Origin: an uncultured Christensenellaceae bacterium
GTDB taxonomy: Bacteria; Bacillota; Clostridia; Christensenellales; Christensenellaceae
DNA: 30,985 bases
Assembly: GCA_964453325.1 (NCBI GenBank)
Contig: CAYVOZ010000005.1
Coordinates: 1 to 30,985, forward strand
Direction: 5' to 3'
Below, piece after piece: positions 7,338 through 16,355 of the stretch (the first letter of the stretch is position 1; each line of letters starts with the position of its first letter). A program made the position numbers and the translations under genes. A model generated the notes under the pieces. The model was not told where the DNA came from, did no database searches, and worked only from the letters and a program-made list of their open reading frames with translations.

Positions 7338-9317
7338 ATGGGAAAGTTTTTTTTAGAATCCAAATACAAGCCGTCCGGCGATCAGCCCGCCGCTATAGAC
7401 GCGCTCGTAAAGGGCGTGGAGGAGGGCAAAAAGGCGCAGGTGCTGCTCGGAGTCACGGGCTCGGGCAAGACGTTCACCATGGCAAATGTCATAGAGCGCA
7501 CGCAGCGGCCCGCGCTCGTGCTCGCGCATAATAAGACGCTCGCGGCGCAGCTCTGCACGGAGTTCAAGGAGTTCTTTCCGCATAACGCCGTGGAGTTTTT
7601 CGTATCGTATTACGATTATTATCAGCCCGAGGCGTATATCGAAAAGAGCGATACCTTTATAGAAAAGGACTCGAGCATAAACGACGAGATAGACCGGCTG
7701 CGCCACAGCGCGACGACCGCGCTTTTAGAGAGGCGCGACGTTATCGTCGTCGCCAGCGTGTCCTGCATATACGGCATAGGCTCGCCGGAGACCTATCTTC
7801 ATTCGACGCTGCCGCTGCGGCGGGGCATGAAGATAGACCGCGAGGACATCATACACCGGCTCACGGATATAAACTTTAAGCGCAACGATATAGATTTTCA
7901 GCGCGGCACGTTCCGTGTGCGCGGGGACACGCTCGAGGTATTCCCCATGAACCAGAACGACCGCGCCGTGCGCATAGAGCTCTTCGGGGACGAGATAGAC
8001 CGGCTTTTGGAGGTGGACGTGCTGACGGGCAAGGCCGTGAGCAGCGTGGAATACACCATGATATTCCCGGCTACGCACTATGCCGTGGAGCGGGAAAAGA
8101 TGCTCGGCATACTCCCCACGATACGCGACGATATGCAGAAGCAGGCCAATCTTTTCCGCGAGCAGGAAAAGCTGTTAGAGGCGGAGCGCATCACGCAGCG
8201 CACGACCTACGACCTTGAGATGCTGACGGCGCTCGGCTACTGCACGGGCATAGAGAACTATTCGCGCTATTTCGACGGCAGGAGCGAGGGCGAGCCGCCA
8301 TATACGCTCATGGACTATTTCCCCGAGGACTATCTGCTGTTTGTGGACGAATGCCATGCCACGCTGCCGCAGGTGCGCGGGATGTATAACGGAGACAGGT
8401 CGAGAAAGGATATGCTCGTAAAATACGGCTTCCGTCTGCCCGCGGCGCGAGATAACCGTCCGCTCGAGTTTCACGAGTTCAACGAGCGCGTGAACCAGGC
8501 GATATACGTCAGCGCCACGCCTGCGGAGTATGAGAAGAATCTTGCAGGCGGAGCCATAATCGAACAGATAGTCCGCCCGACGGGCCTCGTCGATCCGGAG
8601 ATAACCATTCGCCCGGTAGAGAACCAGCTCGACGATCTGCTCATAGAGATAAACAAGGTCGTGGAAAAGGGCATGCGAGTGCTTGTGACCACGCTCACAA
8701 AAAAGCTCGCAGAGCGGCTGACCGACTATTATGCGGAGATGGGCGTGCGCGTCAAGTACATGCACTCGGACATAGACACCATGGAACGCATAGATATAAT
8801 CCGCGGACTGCGCCTTAAGGAGTTCGACGTGCTCGTCGGCATAAACCTGCTGCGCGAGGGGCTCGATATCCCCGAGGTCGCGCTTGTGGCCATACTCGAC
8901 GCGGACAAGGAGGGCTTTTTAAGAAACGAGACCTCGCTTATACAGACCATAGGCCGCGCCGCAAGAAACGCGGAGGCGCGCGTCATACTCTATGCCGACG
9001 TCATGACAAAATCCATAAAGAACGCCGTTGCCGAGACCGAGCGCAGACGCAAAACGCAGATGGCATATAACGAGAGGTACGGCATCACCCCCACCACGAT
9101 AGTCAAGGAGGTAGCGGAGGGACTGTCCATGAGCGCCGCCGTGGACGAGGTCGCGCCCGCCGCCATATCGCCCGACGTGCCTATAGAGCAGAGGATCACG
9201 CTGCTCGAGAAGCAGATGCGCGAGGCCGCCGCGGAGCTCGAGTTTGAGGTCGCGGCAAAGCTGCGCGATGAGATAAAGAAGCTCAAAAAAGAACGGGACG
9301 AGCTGCCGTTTTTATGA
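7338..9317 (+). CDS. uvrB: Excinuclease ABC subunit UvrB
   Basis: [22 protein letters not shown] beta-hairpin, [24 protein letters not shown]-terminal UVR domain. AGGAG RBS. Confidence 0.99.
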   Translation: MGKFFLESKYKPSGDQPAAIDALVKGVEEGKKAQVLLGVTGSGKTFTMANVIERTQRPALVLAHNKTLAAQLCTEFKEFFPHNAVEFFVSYYDYYQPEAYIEKSDTFIEKDSSINDEIDRLRHSATTALLERRDVIVVASVSCIYGIGSPETYLHSTLPLRRGMKIDREDIIHRLTDINFKRNDIDFQRGTFRVRGDTLEVFPMNQNDRAVRIELFGDEIDRLLEVDVLTGKAVSSVEYTMIFPATHYAVEREKMLGILPTIRDDMQKQANLFREQEKLLEAERITQRTTYDLEMLTALGYCTGIENYSRYFDGRSEGEPPYTLMDYFPEDYLLFVDECHATLPQVRGMYNGDRSRKDMLVKYGFRLPAARDNRPLEFHEFNERVNQAIYVSATPAEYEKNLAGGAIIEQIVRPTGLVDPEITIRPVENQLDDLLIEINKVVEKGMRVLVTTLTKKLAERLTDYYAEMGVRVKYMHSDIDTMERIDIIRGLRLKEFDVLVGINLLREGLDIPEVALVAILDADKEGFLRNETSLIQTIGRAARNAEARVILYADVMTKSIKNAVAETERRRKTQMAYNERYGITPTTIVKEVAEGLSMSAAVDEVAPAAISPDVPIEQRITLLEKQMREAAAELEFEVAAKLRDEIKKLKKERDELPFL

Positions 9318-9370
9318 TATTATCTTAAATAAGCCCGACGCTTTATAACAGGAAAAGAGAGGTATACGCC

Positions 9371-10186
9371 GTGAAAAAGCGCCTTACAGCCGCCCTGCTG
9401 GCGGTCATGATACTGCTTATATGCTGTGCGTGCAGTCCGACCGAAACAGAGCCGGGCGTACAGATACGCATTTTAAAGATAGGCAAGGCCGACGCGATAA
9501 TAATAAAGACGGCGTCTCACGCGCTGCTCATAGACTCCGGCGAGGACGACGACGGAGAGGAAATAGTCGATAATCTTAAGGAAATGCGTATTAACAAATT
9601 AGATATGTTCGTCGTGACGCATTATGACAAGGATCACATTGGCGGCGCGCCCGAGGTCATGACGTCGATAAACATCGACGAGATAATAGAGCCGGGCTAC
9701 GAAAAGGAGTCGGCGGTATACGACCTCTATTCAGATACGGCGGACGCCGTGAAAATAAAGCGCACAGTACCGGAGAGCAACGATCCCATTACGCTCGACG
9801 GAGTACAGATAGACATTCTCATGCCGAGAAAAAAGGCGTACGACGACGAGAACGATTCCTCTATAGCGCTGCGCCTGACCTGCGGAGAAAAAACGCTCAT
9901 GTTCCTGGGCGACGCCAAGGCCGAGCGCCTTTTGGAGCTCATGACCTATGAGGACATAACGGCGGACTTTGTAAAGGCTGCGCACCACGGCAGCTATAAC
10001 TCCGTGACCGATCCCTTTTATGACAAGATGGATCCGGACTATGCCGTGATAACCTGCTCGGAAAAGAACCCGCCCGACGAGCACACGCTTAGCTGCTTTG
10101 AAAAGCTCGGCACCGAGGTGATAAAGACCTCCGACGGGGACGTGACCGTAAAGGTCTCCGCGGACCGCATAAGCATTTATCAGTAG
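9371..10186 (+). CDS. MBL-fold metallo-hydrolase (ComEC/Rec2 C-terminal-like), probable lipoprotein
   Basis: THYDKDHIGG, LIDSG, FLGDA and AAHHGS motifs. Signal peptide ending LICCAC. GTG start. Confidence 0.85.
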   Translation: MKKRLTAALLAVMILLICCACSPTETEPGVQIRILKIGKADAIIIKTASHALLIDSGEDDDGEEIVDNLKEMRINKLDMFVVTHYDKDHIGGAPEVMTSINIDEIIEPGYEKESAVYDLYSDTADAVKIKRTVPESNDPITLDGVQIDILMPRKKAYDDENDSSIALRLTCGEKTLMFLGDAKAERLLELMTYEDITADFVKAAHHGSYNSVTDPFYDKMDPDYAVITCSEKNPPDEHTLSCFEKLGTEVIKTSDGDVTVKVSADRISIYQ

Positions 10187-10228
10187 AGAGCGGCAAAAAC
10201 GAATACTGCGGCATAAGCCGTACACGAT

Positions 10229-10261
10229 AAAGAGCGCCTTGGGCTTAAGGACGCTCTTTTG
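10229..10261 (+). terminator. Intrinsic terminator after the MBL hydrolase gene (possibly bidirectional)
   Basis: AAAGAGCGCCTT-gggctt-AAGGACGCTCTTTT. Confidence 0.75.
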
Positions 10262-10440
10262 CATATCGTTGCTTTCAAAATACGACTGCTGATTTTTTAC
10301 AGATTATGTTTCTGATCACTTCGACTTGTATCAGATAAGGATCTCAACTTTAAACATTGAATATGAACTGAATAATTTGAATATGAACTGTAAAATACAC
10401 TATTTGAACGATACAGTTCAAATTCAGCTGTGTTTATATC

Positions 10441-10482
10441 AAAAAAGCTTCTCTTATTCGGAAGACCCGGATCAGAGAAGCT
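10441..10482 (-). terminator. Intrinsic terminator of the deoB cluster
   Basis: AAGCTTCTCT...AGAGAAGCTT stem followed by a T-run on the minus strand. Confidence 0.8.
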
Positions 10483-10501
10483 TAAGTGCTGTGTTTTCAA
10501 T

Positions 10502-11665
10502 TCACCTCTGCGCCAAAAGGTCTTCTCCCGCCAGCTCGTCCGAATTTACGCCTAAAAGAGCGGCGGCGGTGGAGGCTATGTCCGCATAGGTCTCGCGCGT
10601 GCCGAGGTTTCCGGGCTTTATGCCCTCGCCCGTTATTATGAGAGGAACGTATTCGCGCGTGTGGTCCGTGCCGGGAAAGGCGGGGTCGCAGCCGTGGTCG
10701 GCGGTTATCATGAGCGCGTCGTCCGGACGCAGCTTCTTTAAAAAGCCGTTGAGCCATGTATCAAAGGCCGTCATTGCGGCGGCGTAGCCGTCCACATCGT
10801 TTCTGTGACCGTAGAGCATATCGAAGTCCACGAGGTTCACGAAGCAGAGCCCGTGAAAATCGCTGTCGGCGATGGCGTCCGTTTTTGCCATGCCGTCCGC
10901 GTTCCCCGTCGTCTTATAGGTCTTTGTGACGCTCTTTCCCGCGAAAATGTCGTATATTTTACCCACGCCTATGACGTCCATTCCGGCGTCACAGAGCACA
11001 TCGAGCAGCGTGCGCGCGGGCGGCTCGAGCGAAAAGTCGTGTCGGTTCGTAGTGCGCTTGAAGGTATCCGGCGTCTCGCCGGTAAAAGGCCGCGCAATGA
11101 CGCGCCCGACGCCCCATTCTCCCGTCAGCAGGGCGCGTGCCTCCGTGCAGATGTCATAAAGACGCTGCAAACCGAAATGCTCCTCGTGCGCGGCTAACTG
11201 AAAGACGCTGTCCGCCGAGGTATAGAGTATCGGGTTTCCCGTTTTTATATGCTCCATGCCGAAGTCGCGTATGACGTCCGTGCCGGAGTACGGCTTGTTG
11301 CACAGCATTTTCAGCCCGGTCTTGCTCTCGAAAGCTTCTACGAGTGCGGCGGGGAAGCCGTCCGGGAAGACTGGCAGCGGCTTTTCGGATACAACGCCTG
11401 CTATCTCCCAATGGCCTATGGTGGTGTCCTTGCCCTTTGACCGCTCCGCAAGACGCGCATATGCCGCCTTTGGGTCGTCTGTGCCGTCGGGCAGGACGCC
11501 GTCTATGTTGCAGTAGCCGAGGCTTTTAAGCGTGGGTATGCTGAACTTGTCGCTCTTTGAAATGCTTTTAAGCGTGTTCGCGCCCGCGTCGCCGAAATCT
11601 GCCGCATCGGGCAGCGCGCCTATACCCGCGCTGTCAAGTACGATGATAAATACTCTCTTTTTCAT
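10502..11665 (-). CDS. deoB: Phosphopentomutase
   Basis: IVLDSAGIG, GKDTTIGHWE, YTSADSVFQ, RVIARPF, DFDMLYGHRND, TADHGCDP, DHTREYVP. Confidence 0.97.
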   Translation of the reverse strand: MKKRVFIIVLDSAGIGALPDAADFGDAGANTLKSISKSDKFSIPTLKSLGYCNIDGVLPDGTDDPKAAYARLAERSKGKDTTIGHWEIAGVVSEKPLPVFPDGFPAALVEAFESKTGLKMLCNKPYSGTDVIRDFGMEHIKTGNPILYTSADSVFQLAAHEEHFGLQRLYDICTEARALLTGEWGVGRVIARPFTGETPDTFKRTTNRHDFSLEPPARTLLDVLCDAGMDVIGVGKIYDIFAGKSVTKTYKTTGNADGMAKTDAIADSDFHGLCFVNLVDFDMLYGHRNDVDGYAAAMTAFDTWLNGFLKKLRPDDALMITADHGCDPAFPGTDHTREYVPLIITGEGIKPGNLGTRETYADIASTAAALLGVNSDELAGEDLLAQR

Positions 11666-11674
11666 AATGCTCCG

Positions 11675-12907
11675 TTATCCTCTCGCCTCAAAGGCCAGGT
11701 CGCGTATGTGCTGCCCGTATTTCTCCGCAAGCCCGCCCTCGCCGGTCTCGCGGTATTTGCTGAAAAGATCCCTGCCCGTGGCATACATGGTATCCACTAC
11801 CATGTCGAAGGATATTTTCCGGGTGTCGGTGAGAAAGTTTGCGAGCGTGACCGCGTTTAACGCGCGCATCGCCGCGACTGCGTTCCGCTCTATGCAGGGT
11901 ATCTGCACTATGCCGCAGACGGGGTCGCAGGTCAGCCCCAAGTGATGCTCGAGCGCCACCTCCGCCGCGTATTCTATCTGGTCTATGTCCATGCCGTACA
12001 GCTCCGCGAGCGCCGCCGCCGCCATCGCGCAGGCGCTGCCTATCTCCGCCTGACATCCGCACTCCGCGCCGGATATGGACGCGTTCGTCTTTATCAGGTC
12101 GCCAATTATTCCGCCGGTCGCGAGCGCGCGGCAGATATCCGCATCGGAATAGCCGCGTTTTTCCTGCATGTATAACAGTACGGACGGCAGCACGCCGCAG
12201 CTCCCGCAGGTGGGCGCGGTCACGACCGTGCCGCCGCCCGCATTCTGCTCCGAGCAGGCAAACGCGTATGCGCATATGAGTCTGCTTTCGCGCGTCTCGG
12301 CGCTCTCGTCCATATGCTTGCCGCGAAAAAGTATGCGCGCCTTTCTCTGCACGCCGAGCCCGCCCGCGAGCACGCCCTCTGCTCTGAGCCCCTCGCGCAC
12401 GGTGGCGCGCATCTGCGCCCATACTGCGGACAGGGCATCGTCTATGGATTCGCCCTCAAAGTGCCGCACATATTCGCAAAGGCGCATATCGTTATGTACG
12501 CAGTACTGCCTTATATCCAAAAAGCTCTTATGCGGATATATGTCCTCCGGTGCGATGGGCGCCTCGCCCATGAGCTTTATCTTGCCTCCGCCCACGGACA
12601 GCACGCGCTGAAAGCCTATGGCAGTTCCGTTTTTAAAGGCTTGCATGTCCATGGTGTTGGGGTGGGGGAGCTCCCCGGTATCCACGTCAAAGATTATCTC
12701 TGCGGGGACGGGCAAAAGCGTGTTTTCGAGCACCTTATCCGTGAGATGCCCCATGCCTGTGCGCGCGAGAGAGCCGTAGAGCGTCACCCTGAATGCGTCC
12801 GCCTGCGGATAACGCTCCTTGAAAATGCGCGCCGCAAGCTCCGGCCCCATGGTATGCGAGCTCGACGGCCCTTTGCCTATTCTGTAAAGCTCTTTTAAGG
12901 ATTCCAT
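11675..12907 (-). CDS. sdaA: L-serine ammonia-lyase, Fe-S dependent, single-chain (beta+alpha)
   Basis: IGKGPSSSHTMGP, TAPTCGSCGV, GCQAEIGSA, LGLTCDPV..VQIPCIERNA. Confidence 0.95.
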   Translation of the reverse strand: MESLKELYRIGKGPSSSHTMGPELAARIFKERYPQADAFRVTLYGSLARTGMGHLTDKVLENTLLPVPAEIIFDVDTGELPHPNTMDMQAFKNGTAIGFQRVLSVGGGKIKLMGEAPIAPEDIYPHKSFLDIRQYCVHNDMRLCEYVRHFEGESIDDALSAVWAQMRATVREGLRAEGVLAGGLGVQRKARILFRGKHMDESAETRESRLICAYAFACSEQNAGGGTVVTAPTCGSCGVLPSVLLYMQEKRGYSDADICRALATGGIIGDLIKTNASISGAECGCQAEIGSACAMAAAALAELYGMDIDQIEYAAEVALEHHLGLTCDPVCGIVQIPCIERNAVAAMRALNAVTLANFLTDTRKISFDMVVDTMYATGRDLFSKYRETGEGGLAEKYGQHIRDLAFEARG

Positions 12908-12911
12908 ACGG

Positions 12912-13400
12912 TCACTCCCCGTCAGTCTGCCATCCCTTTGTAACGTCTATATACTCTTTTGCGTTGCCTATCCTGAAAAGCTCGTCAGGCGTGAGCTCTA
13001 TCGCGCTTGAGCTGCTGCCCGTCGCGGGAAAGACGGTCTTGAAGCGCTTTAAGGACTCGTCGAGATATACCGTCACGTCCTCGCGCTCTATCGCAAAGGG
13101 ACATACGCCGCCCACGGCGTGTCCGGTGAACTCCGTGACCTGCTCGGGCGTCAGCATAGTCGCCTTGGTGTGGAAGAGGTCCTTGAACTTGCGGTTGTCT
13201 ATCTTGGCGTCTCCCGCGCAGACTATGAGCACGCAGCTCCCGTCCTTGAGCAGAAACGAAAGTGTCTTTGCAATGCGCGCGCCCTCGACTCCGACGGCGG
13301 CCGCCGCGAGCTCCACGGTCGCGCTCGATACCTCAAACTCGAGCACGTCCTTGTCCTTACCGAACCGCCCGAGATATTCTCTCACTTTATCGACTGACAT
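12912..13400 (-). CDS. YbaK/EbsC-family aminoacyl-tRNA deacylase (ProX/YwhH-like)
   Basis: IAKTL conserved Lys and GHAVGGVCPF GXXXP loop. Confidence 0.9.
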   Translation of the reverse strand: MSVDKVREYLGRFGKDKDVLEFEVSSATVELAAAAVGVEGARIAKTLSFLLKDGSCVLIVCAGDAKIDNRKFKDLFHTKATMLTPEQVTEFTGHAVGGVCPFAIEREDVTVYLDESLKRFKTVFPATGSSSSAIELTPDELFRIGNAKEYIDVTKGWQTDGE

Positions 13401-13412
13401 ATGTATTCTACC

Positions 13413-13706
13413 TCAATCCAGATAATAATCCACGGCTACGCTCGATTCTCTGACGGCGTGCATGTGCTTCTTGACCACGCTCACGTGATAGGGATCGCTC
13501 TGATACCTGTCGAGCGCGTCCGTGTCGTCGAGAGTGACTTGCAGTATGAGGTCATACGATCTCTCGGAGCGCAGAAAATCCACGCCTACCTCGAGAGCGC
13601 GAATATAGTCGATATGATCGCTCATGGAGCGCAGCACCCCGGCTGCCTTTTCGCAGTTCTCACGCGAGCCGTCCTTGAGCTTGAAGCAAACTATATGCTT
13701 TATCAT
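13413..13706 (-). CDS. Dabb (stress-responsive alpha/beta barrel) protein
   Basis: MIKHIVCFKLK...LDRYQSDPYH pattern, 97 aa. Confidence 0.88.
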   Translation of the reverse strand: MIKHIVCFKLKDGSRENCEKAAGVLRSMSDHIDYIRALEVGVDFLRSERSYDLILQVTLDDTDALDRYQSDPYHVSVVKKHMHAVRESSVAVDYYLD

Positions 13707-13727
13707 GTTGTTCTCCTTTATGATAAG

Positions 13728-14375
13728 TTAAATGAATGTCGAAAGGTCGGGCAGTATGCGCGTATACGGCAGCGATAAAAAGTCCTCCGCGGGGGTGGTG
13801 CCGGTCGTGACCGCGACAAAGTCGACGTGAGCGTTGTTTGCGGTGTTGGCGTCTATCGTGCTGTCGCCGGTATAGAGCGTCGTTTCGAGCGTGCCGCCGA
13901 GCTCGTTCATGACCTGCAAAAGCCCCATGGGGTCGGGCTTGGGTATCTCGACGTCGTCTATCGCGAGCACGCGGTCTATGTATTTATCGAGCCCGCAGAG
14001 CTCGAGCGTCTCCACGACTCTGCGTCTGTGCTTTGTGGATATTATGCCCGTGCGCTTGCCGAGCGCCTTGAGCTTTTTAAGCATGGCCTCGGTATACGGG
14101 AACGGGGGAGTGTTCTCCGCCATAACTATATCTCCGTATGCGCGAAATTCCTGTGTATATTGCTCGAGCAGCTTTTCGTCTGTGACGCCGAGCAGTATAG
14201 TGAAGCACTCCGTAAGGGGAATGCCTATCGTCTTTTTTATTGCGTCGTCGCTTATACCCTCATAGCCGTGCGCCTCAAAAACGTGGCGGAAGCACATGGC
14301 GATGCCGTCGCCCGAGTCCATGAGCGTGTAGTCGAAGTCGAAAAGATATACGTCGTAATCCGTAGGTTTTTTCAT
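13728..14375 (-). CDS. HAD-family hydrolase (phosphoglycolate phosphatase-like)
   Basis: FDFDYTLMDS, ISTK, PKPDP, YTGDSTID motifs. Confidence 0.92.
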   Translation of the reverse strand: MKKPTDYDVYLFDFDYTLMDSGDGIAMCFRHVFEAHGYEGISDDAIKKTIGIPLTECFTILLGVTDEKLLEQYTQEFRAYGDIVMAENTPPFPYTEAMLKKLKALGKRTGIISTKHRRRVVETLELCGLDKYIDRVLAIDDVEIPKPDPMGLLQVMNELGGTLETTLYTGDSTIDANTANNAHVDFVAVTTGTTPAEDFLSLPYTRILPDLSTFI

Positions 14376-14395
14376 GTTTTATATCGTCCTGTGTA

Positions 14396-15382
14396 TTATT
14401 TTGCAGAAATGCCCTGCTTTTCGCACGGAAAGATCATCCCCGTCTGCCGCCTTGCCTCGTCCATGACCGCTAACTCCATGCGCGAGACGTCGAGCGTATC
14501 CGGTGCTCCGTTTATCTGACGCAGCCATTCGTCGAGCTCATATTCCATATTCCACGCCTTTTCGAGCGTATAAACCTCTGCTTCTCCGCCCCGGGGACGC
14601 AGGGTCACGCGCTGCGGGTTGTGTATCGTGTCGAGTGTTATTGTGCCTTTTTCGCCCTGTATCTGGCTCTCGCTATAGCCGTCGGTGATTTTTGAATATA
14701 TGAGCTCCGCTTGAAGGCCGCTGGTATAGTATGCGTGTATGACGCCCTCTCCGTCGAGTCCGTTATCGAGCAAAAGCGCGTCGGAGCAGATGCGGTCGGG
14801 CATGCCGAAGAGCTTTACGAGCGGATGAACGCAGTATACTCCTATGTCCATGAGCGAGCCGCCGCAGAAATCCGGGTCAAAGGCGTTCGTAACGACGCCG
14901 TTTCTGTATTTTTCGTATCTTGCGGAAAACTGGCTGTATTCAAATATCACGCGGCGGGGTGTGCCTATTCTGTCTATGAGCTCCGCGGCCTTTATGAACA
15001 TGGGGTCGTATACGGAGCGCATGGCCTCCATGAGCACGGCTCCGCCCTTTTCGGCGGCGGCGCGCATGCGTGAAAGCTCGCCGGAGTTAACGGCTATGGG
15101 CTTCTCGCAAAGCACGTGCTTGCCGTGGGACAGCATGAGCACCGATTGTTCGCAGTGCAGGCTGTTCGGGCTCGCGATATAGACCGCGTCGATGTCGGGA
15201 TCCTCCGCCAGACTCAAGAGGTCGGTGTGTATCTTTTCTACTCCGTGCTTTTCGGCAAAGGCGCGCGCGGTATCCTCTCTGCGTGAATATACGCAGGTAT
15301 GCTTTAGCACGTCGCGGCTCTTCGCCGCGGAAAGCAGCTTGTCCACTATAGTATTTGTGCCTATCGTTGCAAACCGAAGCAT
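14396..15382 (-). CDS. Gfo/Idh/MocA-family oxidoreductase
   Basis: ATIGTNTI, AVYIASPNSLH, HVLCEKP, GGSLMDIGVY. Start moved to ATG 15382 (GGAGGG RBS; TGcTATAAT extended -10 at 15410-15402). Confidence 0.92.
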   Translation of the reverse strand: MLRFATIGTNTIVDKLLSAAKSRDVLKHTCVYSRREDTARAFAEKHGVEKIHTDLLSLAEDPDIDAVYIASPNSLHCEQSVLMLSHGKHVLCEKPIAVNSGELSRMRAAAEKGGAVLMEAMRSVYDPMFIKAAELIDRIGTPRRVIFEYSQFSARYEKYRNGVVTNAFDPDFCGGSLMDIGVYCVHPLVKLFGMPDRICSDALLLDNGLDGEGVIHAYYTSGLQAELIYSKITDGYSESQIQGEKGTITLDTIHNPQRVTLRPRGGEAEVYTLEKAWNMEYELDEWLRQINGAPDTLDVSRMELAVMDEARRQTGMIFPCEKQGISAK

Positions 15383-15574
15383 ATGGAAACCCTCCGTAGC
15401 TATTATAGCACAGCCCGCCGTGTCGTGTATATCTGACGCTGCGGGCTGTTTTATTGGTTTTGATCTATGCGGCGGAGCACAGCCCTGCATATGCATAAAT
15501 GCGTTTATTCTGTTTGCCTGCCGGATAAGAGCCATGAGCTGTTACGTCAGGCGGGCGGTCCTTCGGATGGCTTG

Positions 15575-16330
15575 TCAGCCCTCTGCGGGGACTTCGGCCT
15601 CCGCATCGTCTGCGGTATCCGTGCTGTCTACGGTATATACCGAGCTGTATGCCCAGGATGCGTTTTTGACTATGGTATCAAAGTCGATATCCGAGCACTT
15701 TAAGGTATGGGTCTTCGGATACAGCACGGTAGCGGTCTTGTCCGCAACGAGCTCTCTTATGAGCTGCTGCACTCCGGCCGTAAGCGAATCAAAGTCCTCA
15801 TAGCTGTCTATGCTCTCGTCGAACTTCGTCTTGATAAAAGCCTCTGCGCTGTCCTTTAAAACATAGAGCTCTGCCGCGCGCTCCACGAGCAGATCGTCGC
15901 TCAGGTAAAGCGCGGTTTTTATGCTCTCCGAGAAGGACGAAAGATAGTCGTACTTTTTGGCGGAAAGAATATACTCGTCGTACGCGGTGGCAGCGGCGTC
16001 CTCATAGCTGACGGTCAGACCGTTCTCTGCGGCATATTCCGCTAAAACGGCGTATGCTACAACGGCTCCGAGGCTGTCGTCCATGGATACGGCCATTTCG
16101 TTGGCGTCGAGACCGAGCTGGGAGTACATGGAGGAGGCGGACTCATAGGCCGCGCCGTCTATGGCGTTCTTAAAAGCCACCTGTCTTTTTAATAACTCGG
16201 TTTCACCGTATTTCGCCACAACGTCGTCGTTCTTCACGGAGTTCCAGTCTATGCTGCCGGAGCAGCCTGCGGCCGCGAGCAGCAGCATTGCTGCCGCTGC
16301 GAACGCGAGAACTTTTCTAAAAGCCTTCAT
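15575..16330 (-). CDS. Lipoprotein, possibly SurA/PrsA N-terminal-like chaperone domain
   Basis: Lipobox LAAAG-C23. DDVVAKYGETEL and LAEYAAENGLTVS resemble SurA_N patterns. Acidic tail. Domain call is tentative. Confidence 0.6.
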   Translation of the reverse strand: MKAFRKVLAFAAAAMLLLAAAGCSGSIDWNSVKNDDVVAKYGETELLKRQVAFKNAIDGAAYESASSMYSQLGLDANEMAVSMDDSLGAVVAYAVLAEYAAENGLTVSYEDAAATAYDEYILSAKKYDYLSSFSESIKTALYLSDDLLVERAAELYVLKDSAEAFIKTKFDESIDSYEDFDSLTAGVQQLIRELVADKTATVLYPKTHTLKCSDIDFDTIVKNASWAYSSVYTVDSTDTADDAEAEVPAEG

Positions 16331-16355
16331 TTTACTAACGGTTCCTCTCTTCTGC

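Noticed and set aside
10357-10423. The repeats read as a mini-CRISPR, SOS box or dif site
   Set aside because: Only two 14-bp copies with a 6-bp gap and no cas genes. GAAC/GTTC spacing is 6 rather than 4. No match to the 28-bp XerC/D layout.
10297-10589. Small ORFs across the AT-rich patch (67 aa minus, 87 aa plus)
   Set aside because: No RBS or motif support, and they run through terminator hairpins.
15410-15452. Hairpin ACAGCCCGC...GCGGGCTGT-TTT as an ncRNA or riboswitch
   Set aside because: It lies upstream of the Gfo -10 box, so it is not in that transcript. It is most simply a terminator-like stem, and no aptamer motif was recognised.
14396-15535. Longer upstream starts given by the ORF track (Gfo 15535; also cupin 7274, pheS 20944, membrane protein 21389, AAA 24872, rbr 25628)
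   Set aside because: Downstream ATGs have better RBS spacing and begin at the family-typical N-terminus; some extensions run through promoter, hairpin or riboswitch sequence.
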